Source of the DNA: Bradymonadia bacterium
GTDB lineage: Bacteria > Myxococcota_A > Bradymonadia > UBA7976 > UBA1532
Direction of reading: 5' to 3'
Assembly (NCBI GenBank): GCA_046290225.1
Contig: JBKAGE010000005.1
Span: 12,844 to 76,843 of the forward strand
DNA length: 64,000 nucleotides
A model generated the notes under the pieces. That model saw only the letters and a list, made by a program, of their open reading frames with translations, ran no database searches and was not told the origin of the DNA. The translations under genes were made by a program, and so were the position numbers. Each line of letters begins with the position of its first letter. Positions within the stretch are counted from its first letter, which is position 1. Shown here piece by piece: positions 60,901 to 64,000 of the stretch.

Positions 60901-63618
60901 GCGTTGGAGACCGGGCACCTGCGCCATCGGTTCATCCGTCTGAGCCGGCGTTATCCCAGCGCTGATCGACATCAGATCACCGAGGCCACCCTCGACGCCC
61001 TGGCCCAGGCCATGCGGCGATCAGATCATGGCCCGGGCCCTACGGGGCTGGTGGCGGCGCTGATCAGGCGACTGTTCCAGAACAGCGAGCCGGGGGCGCT
61101 GGCGCGAGGGGGACCGAGTCCCCGAGCGGGCATGGCGGCGATGGTGGCCGATGCTGATCTATATCACCGGGCCTTGACGACGCTGCACACGCTGGAGCTG
61201 CGTTGGAATACGCCCGGCTCGCCAGAGAGCCGTCGAGTGCAGCTGCACTGGATCAGGTCGATGTTGAGAAACGTCGAGCGCCCGGAGACGCTGTATCGCT
61301 GGTTCGAGGTGGGTGAGCAGGTGGCATTGAAGGGTGACGTGCCCTGGGCGCGCCCGGGGGCCATCATCGACCACTTCCTGAGCCATGGCAGCGAGCTCGT
61401 GCAAGGTAAGACCCTGCAATACCTCGAGCGCCTGTTCTTCCGCTGGCCCGGGGTGGAGCGTCGGGGTCTCCTGCTGCAGGCGGGCCCGCTGTGTCACCGC
61501 ACACGGAGCTTGCTGGTGGGCGCGTTGCTGCGGCGCCTCGCTCTGGGCGCCGAGCCGGTGGCGGTGGATGATCCTCAGCCCATGGTGCTCATGTGTGGCC
61601 GCCTGCTGTGCATGCTCGTGGCCTGGGGGCGACTCGATCCGCTGGTCCTGGTCCAGACCGCACGACATCACGGCACCTCAGAGGCGCTCTTCGCGGTGCT
61701 GGCTGCCCAGGCTCAAGCCCTCACGTGGTCGTCGGGTTTGCGAGGTCTCCAGGGCAGCCAGCGCTTTGCCGAGCGCCTGCAGCAGGGGGCGGCCCTCTTC
61801 GACTGCGCTCATCGGCTCTCCCGGGTGCTGCGGCTCAAGGGGGATGACGTCGAGCTGGTGCGGTGCCTCGCGCAGATGCGCCACCACGCCCTCGACACCC
61901 TCGCTCAGGATCACCCCGAGCTCGACCGCGGGTATCTACTCGCCCTCAGGCGTTGGCTCGATCGGCTCATCCCCATGCTCGAGGTGCACGATCTCGAGGC
62001 CCTGGTCGACTTGCCCGGCACACGCTTGACCCCGCTCCCCGATATGGCGCGCCCGGTTGCTGTGGAGCTTGAGCACGCAGCCCATGGTGAGCTGCCGCTG
62101 CCTGATCTGACGGTCTTCGACATCCTGACGCCGTGTCTGCAGGCCGTGGCGCACTATCGTCACCAGAAGTGGGCCGACTTCCTTGAGCCCCCGATGACCA
62201 GCTTGAAGCACAGCGACTTCCACAGCGTGCTGACGACATGGCGAGCGGCCCGAGCGCGCCTGGGTGATCGCCACCGGGCGGGGACCATCGAAGGGGCGGT
62301 GTTGGATCGTCTGGTGGAGCGCTGGGATCGCATCATCGGTGAAGAGCAGCAGCAGGTGTTGCTGCAAGATCTGATGTCGATCGTAGAAATGCACTGTCTG
62401 CGCACGCCGGCTGCGATCCCCGACAATGGTCTCGAAGCCGTGGCGCTGCTCGCCGACGAGGGCCGTCTCACCCGAGCTGCGTTCACCAACCTGTTCACGC
62501 GCCTGGTGCTCTTCGCCGAGCCGCAGCAGGCGGCTTTCCTGAGGCGTGACCCGGAGGGCCGAGCGGTGAAGGGGCGGGTGTATGCCGAAACGCAGGGGAT
62601 GCACCCCCTCGAAGCGCCGCCGCAGTGGTTGCCGGCGTCATGGCTGAAGCCCGCGGAGTTCAGCGCCCTCGACGAGCACGAGATCACCACGGAGCTGGTG
62701 CGTCGATCCCCCCAGATGATCTGGGAGGTTACGGCCATCGCTGGCCTCGACGACACCCCGGGGCTGTTCGGGTACTACATCTTCGGCTGGGCGCATCACC
62801 TCACGGATGATCTCGCGGCCCTCTTCGACGAGCCTGAGGGGCTCAGGCGCTTTCGGGCGCACCGACTGACTCGAAACATTCTGATGGAGGCGCTGGTGTT
62901 GCGTCAGGCCTCCCTGGAGCACCGGGCGATGCGCGGTCGCCTGTTCAGCATCGTGGCCCACAACCTGGGGGCGCCGCTGTATCACATGCGATCAGATCTC
63001 AAGGTGCTGCTCGACGGGTTTCTGGAGCACGACGCCCCACGCCGCCAGGAGAAGTATCGCGAGCTTCTGCATCAGGCCCGATACATGGATGGCATCATCG
63101 ATGGCATCTTGAGCCTGAGCCAGCGGGCGGTGACGGTGCATCACAGCACGGTGGATCTCGCGGAGGTGGTGCACGAGGTGGTGCGCACGCAGCGCAAGAT
63201 CGCCCGCGGCCGCCGCATCGAGATCGAATACACACCGCCGGTGGGTGTGCTCCGCGAGCGCTGCATGCTCCGGACGGACGGCGACAAGGTGTACGACATC
63301 CTGCTCAATCTGGTGGGCAACGCGGTGAAGTACAGCGAGGCACGAGGTCGCATCTGGGTGCGCCTGGAGCCGTCGTCGAAGGGGGTCTCGGTGCGGGTGG
63401 AAGACGAAGGCATCGGGGTGCCTCTGGAAGAGCGGGCGCTGGTCTTCGAGCCGTTTTATCGCGGGCAGCGGGCGTTGGCGGAGGGGAAGCCTGGGTTGGG
63501 TCTGGGGCTGTACGTTGCGCGGATCTACACGGAGGCGCTGGAGGGGCGGTTGCAGATTACGGGGGAGCCGGAGGAGGGGACGACGGTGGTGTTGTATCTG
63601 CCTCGGTTGGTTGGGTGA
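58000..63618 (+). CDS. Giant beta-propeller-containing sensor histidine kinase (1872 aa)
   Basis: H box VAHNLGAPL, N box NLVGNAVKYS, G1 DEGIG, F box FEPF, G2 GLGLGL. Many WD40-like blades in the N-terminal half. Confidence 0.88.
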   Translation: MLTPTDTLTGPLADAWPALVAWTRRLARGGLTEGLTLGRGRHTLQALHVHVLETDHMLVLAADRSGAWYAGRFEISTGAPVGHRWRALATPSEAQLSITTIESAPWGRDRLICLGTSRHGAWWVPLSRLLTPETSEAGVEDTRLQGSSEAEDEDASGSDGIFHTFDGLSTGAAEHLIHDSTGECLVAGGGGVLGCWSLASDGEPGAQPRLLWRVILDGPQLTGIALERHEAGDVLYVATSDGAIHRLHRDRPGAPFSRPGALSPHGETCLWTSMGESPRLLKPLSTFREAGFDFEHDPRGLVLVVGGRVVVITEETDRPRVHGRTIDPRIPITALRPLAQERWRGLWVALGDGSGRLLRSEEGFNDLRRLHPAELLDDEDLIFEATGRFEALVSLPHRQRSPEGPFDMGMMVGIIGREVQVMGFTAPQTLRGAAARLADQVAHRGRPEDLLKQLERLTLTGTHGPHDPQALAHLISAVGGRCNTEALWQRWVRWVWDLLAFVADAPGLIADVVRGVRAVMHHRPAQGAALVALERQIVRGVQDAGRLRRVHPRLMERVHLPTEDADERAIDLALLLSRRTDLLFQLQFAPEDRFGEVQAMIGLGSRVLVGTWRRGLWLIDERGRRAKLSGPPDAWGPVHTLHRHGERVILAFADGVLRHIHREALEAAWTTPGHRIEVEAFHHRPELRITVRALCALPGRRGDARLLSGDVSGRIHLEAEGRRRLLFDLGTTGLPTAHITDLCSGHVTYRPLNQPGGRRRRWPFVIAGTSTGHLHVFRWRSGPRPTLMLVHTVRAGVSPITCVRYSGAAHRLVVVSTAEGQVVGYPIGSTDEGQITEESSWRLQPAWSWQAGDTVRTIQVARLAPRRPPLIFAGAHDGHLHALDLSGRLLETYRLPGFKIERFVVSPPAPEDGDRVDARVVLCAFENEVRGMRLVSRRALLGDLQGLLDDAPDAAVRELTLTRWRAFALETGHLRHRFIRLSRRYPSADRHQITEATLDALAQAMRRSDHGPGPTGLVAALIRRLFQNSEPGALARGGPSPRAGMAAMVADADLYHRALTTLHTLELRWNTPGSPESRRVQLHWIRSMLRNVERPETLYRWFEVGEQVALKGDVPWARPGAIIDHFLSHGSELVQGKTLQYLERLFFRWPGVERRGLLLQAGPLCHRTRSLLVGALLRRLALGAEPVAVDDPQPMVLMCGRLLCMLVAWGRLDPLVLVQTARHHGTSEALFAVLAAQAQALTWSSGLRGLQGSQRFAERLQQGAALFDCAHRLSRVLRLKGDDVELVRCLAQMRHHALDTLAQDHPELDRGYLLALRRWLDRLIPMLEVHDLEALVDLPGTRLTPLPDMARPVAVELEHAAHGELPLPDLTVFDILTPCLQAVAHYRHQKWADFLEPPMTSLKHSDFHSVLTTWRAARARLGDRHRAGTIEGAVLDRLVERWDRIIGEEQQQVLLQDLMSIVEMHCLRTPAAIPDNGLEAVALLADEGRLTRAAFTNLFTRLVLFAEPQQAAFLRRDPEGRAVKGRVYAETQGMHPLEAPPQWLPASWLKPAEFSALDEHEITTELVRRSPQMIWEVTAIAGLDDTPGLFGYYIFGWAHHLTDDLAALFDEPEGLRRFRAHRLTRNILMEALVLRQASLEHRAMRGRLFSIVAHNLGAPLYHMRSDLKVLLDGFLEHDAPRRQEKYRELLHQARYMDGIIDGILSLSQRAVTVHHSTVDLAEVVHEVVRTQRKIARGRRIEIEYTPPVGVLRERCMLRTDGDKVYDILLNLVGNAVKYSEARGRIWVRLEPSSKGVSVRVEDEGIGVPLEERALVFEPFYRGQRALAEGKPGLGLGLYVARIYTEALEGRLQITGEPEEGTTVVLYLPRLVG

Positions 63619-63659
63619 GTTGAGGTGTTGGGGGCGCTCCGCGGGCAAGAGAGTTTGTC

Positions 63660-63929
63660 GGGCACGGGCACGGGCACGGGCACGGGCACGAGTTGATTCG
63701 ACCCTGGACCCGTGGCCCTGCATGACTCCGCTCGTGGGTTTATGTTGGTGGAGGCGCTGTTCGGCTCCACGTTCTTCTCAATGGAGGCTTTTGGCCTTTA
63801 TACATCCCAAGAACTGAGTGTTCAGGTCGTTCGGAAACACATCATCTCAGCTTCAATGACAACCTTCGCCTTGAGACAGATAGGGCCACGGGTCCAGGGT
63901 CGAATCAACTCGTGCCCGTGCCCGTGCCC
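63660..63929. repeat. Perfect 48-bp inverted repeat with a (GGGCAC)n tract, REPIN/MITE-like
   Basis: 63672-63719 is the exact reverse complement of 63882-63929. Five GGGCAC copies at 63660-63689; 162-bp spacer. Confidence 0.9.
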
Positions 63930-64000
63930 TGTACCAATTGGATTGTCGCTTTGGATCTTGATGCGAGGCATCTGAGAACACCACCCGTACCCAGTACAGC

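Noticed and set aside
63712..63975. 87-aa ORF across the inverted repeat
   Set aside because: It runs through the repeat arm, has no clear RBS and shows no protein-like motifs.

Overview
GC-rich bacterial DNA, most likely from a Myxococcota-like deltaproteobacterium. This is inferred from the Cys/Asp-rich lipoproteins, the TPR-lipoprotein cassette, the DUF1501 cluster and the sigma54 promoters. About 50 protein-coding genes are supportable; no rRNA, tRNA or CRISPR array was seen. Ordinary content includes alkaline phosphatase, a PAS-MCP, 5'-nucleotidase, crtZ, an xdhC-iorAB molybdoenzyme operon, asnB, an MFS transporter, a diguanylate cyclase and an RpoD-like sigma factor. The most unusual items are: (1) a ~420-bp symmetric 'comb' palindrome after crtZ, with 5+5 inverted CTGTAGCGGACG-type units separated by mini-hairpins; (2) an 1872-aa apparently soluble beta-propeller/helical/histidine-kinase fusion, followed by a perfect 48-bp inverted repeat; (3) a split MoxR/vWA-like/bpX6-like conflict-type system; (4) a lipoprotein built from tandem ExbD/TolR-like domains; (5) a frameshifted Rpn-like nuclease that keeps a possible internal antitoxin start, next to a SLOG-family gene; (6) a sigma54 promoter with an upstream six-box array in front of the sigma factor. 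All family assignments come from motif recognition by eye; no searches were run.
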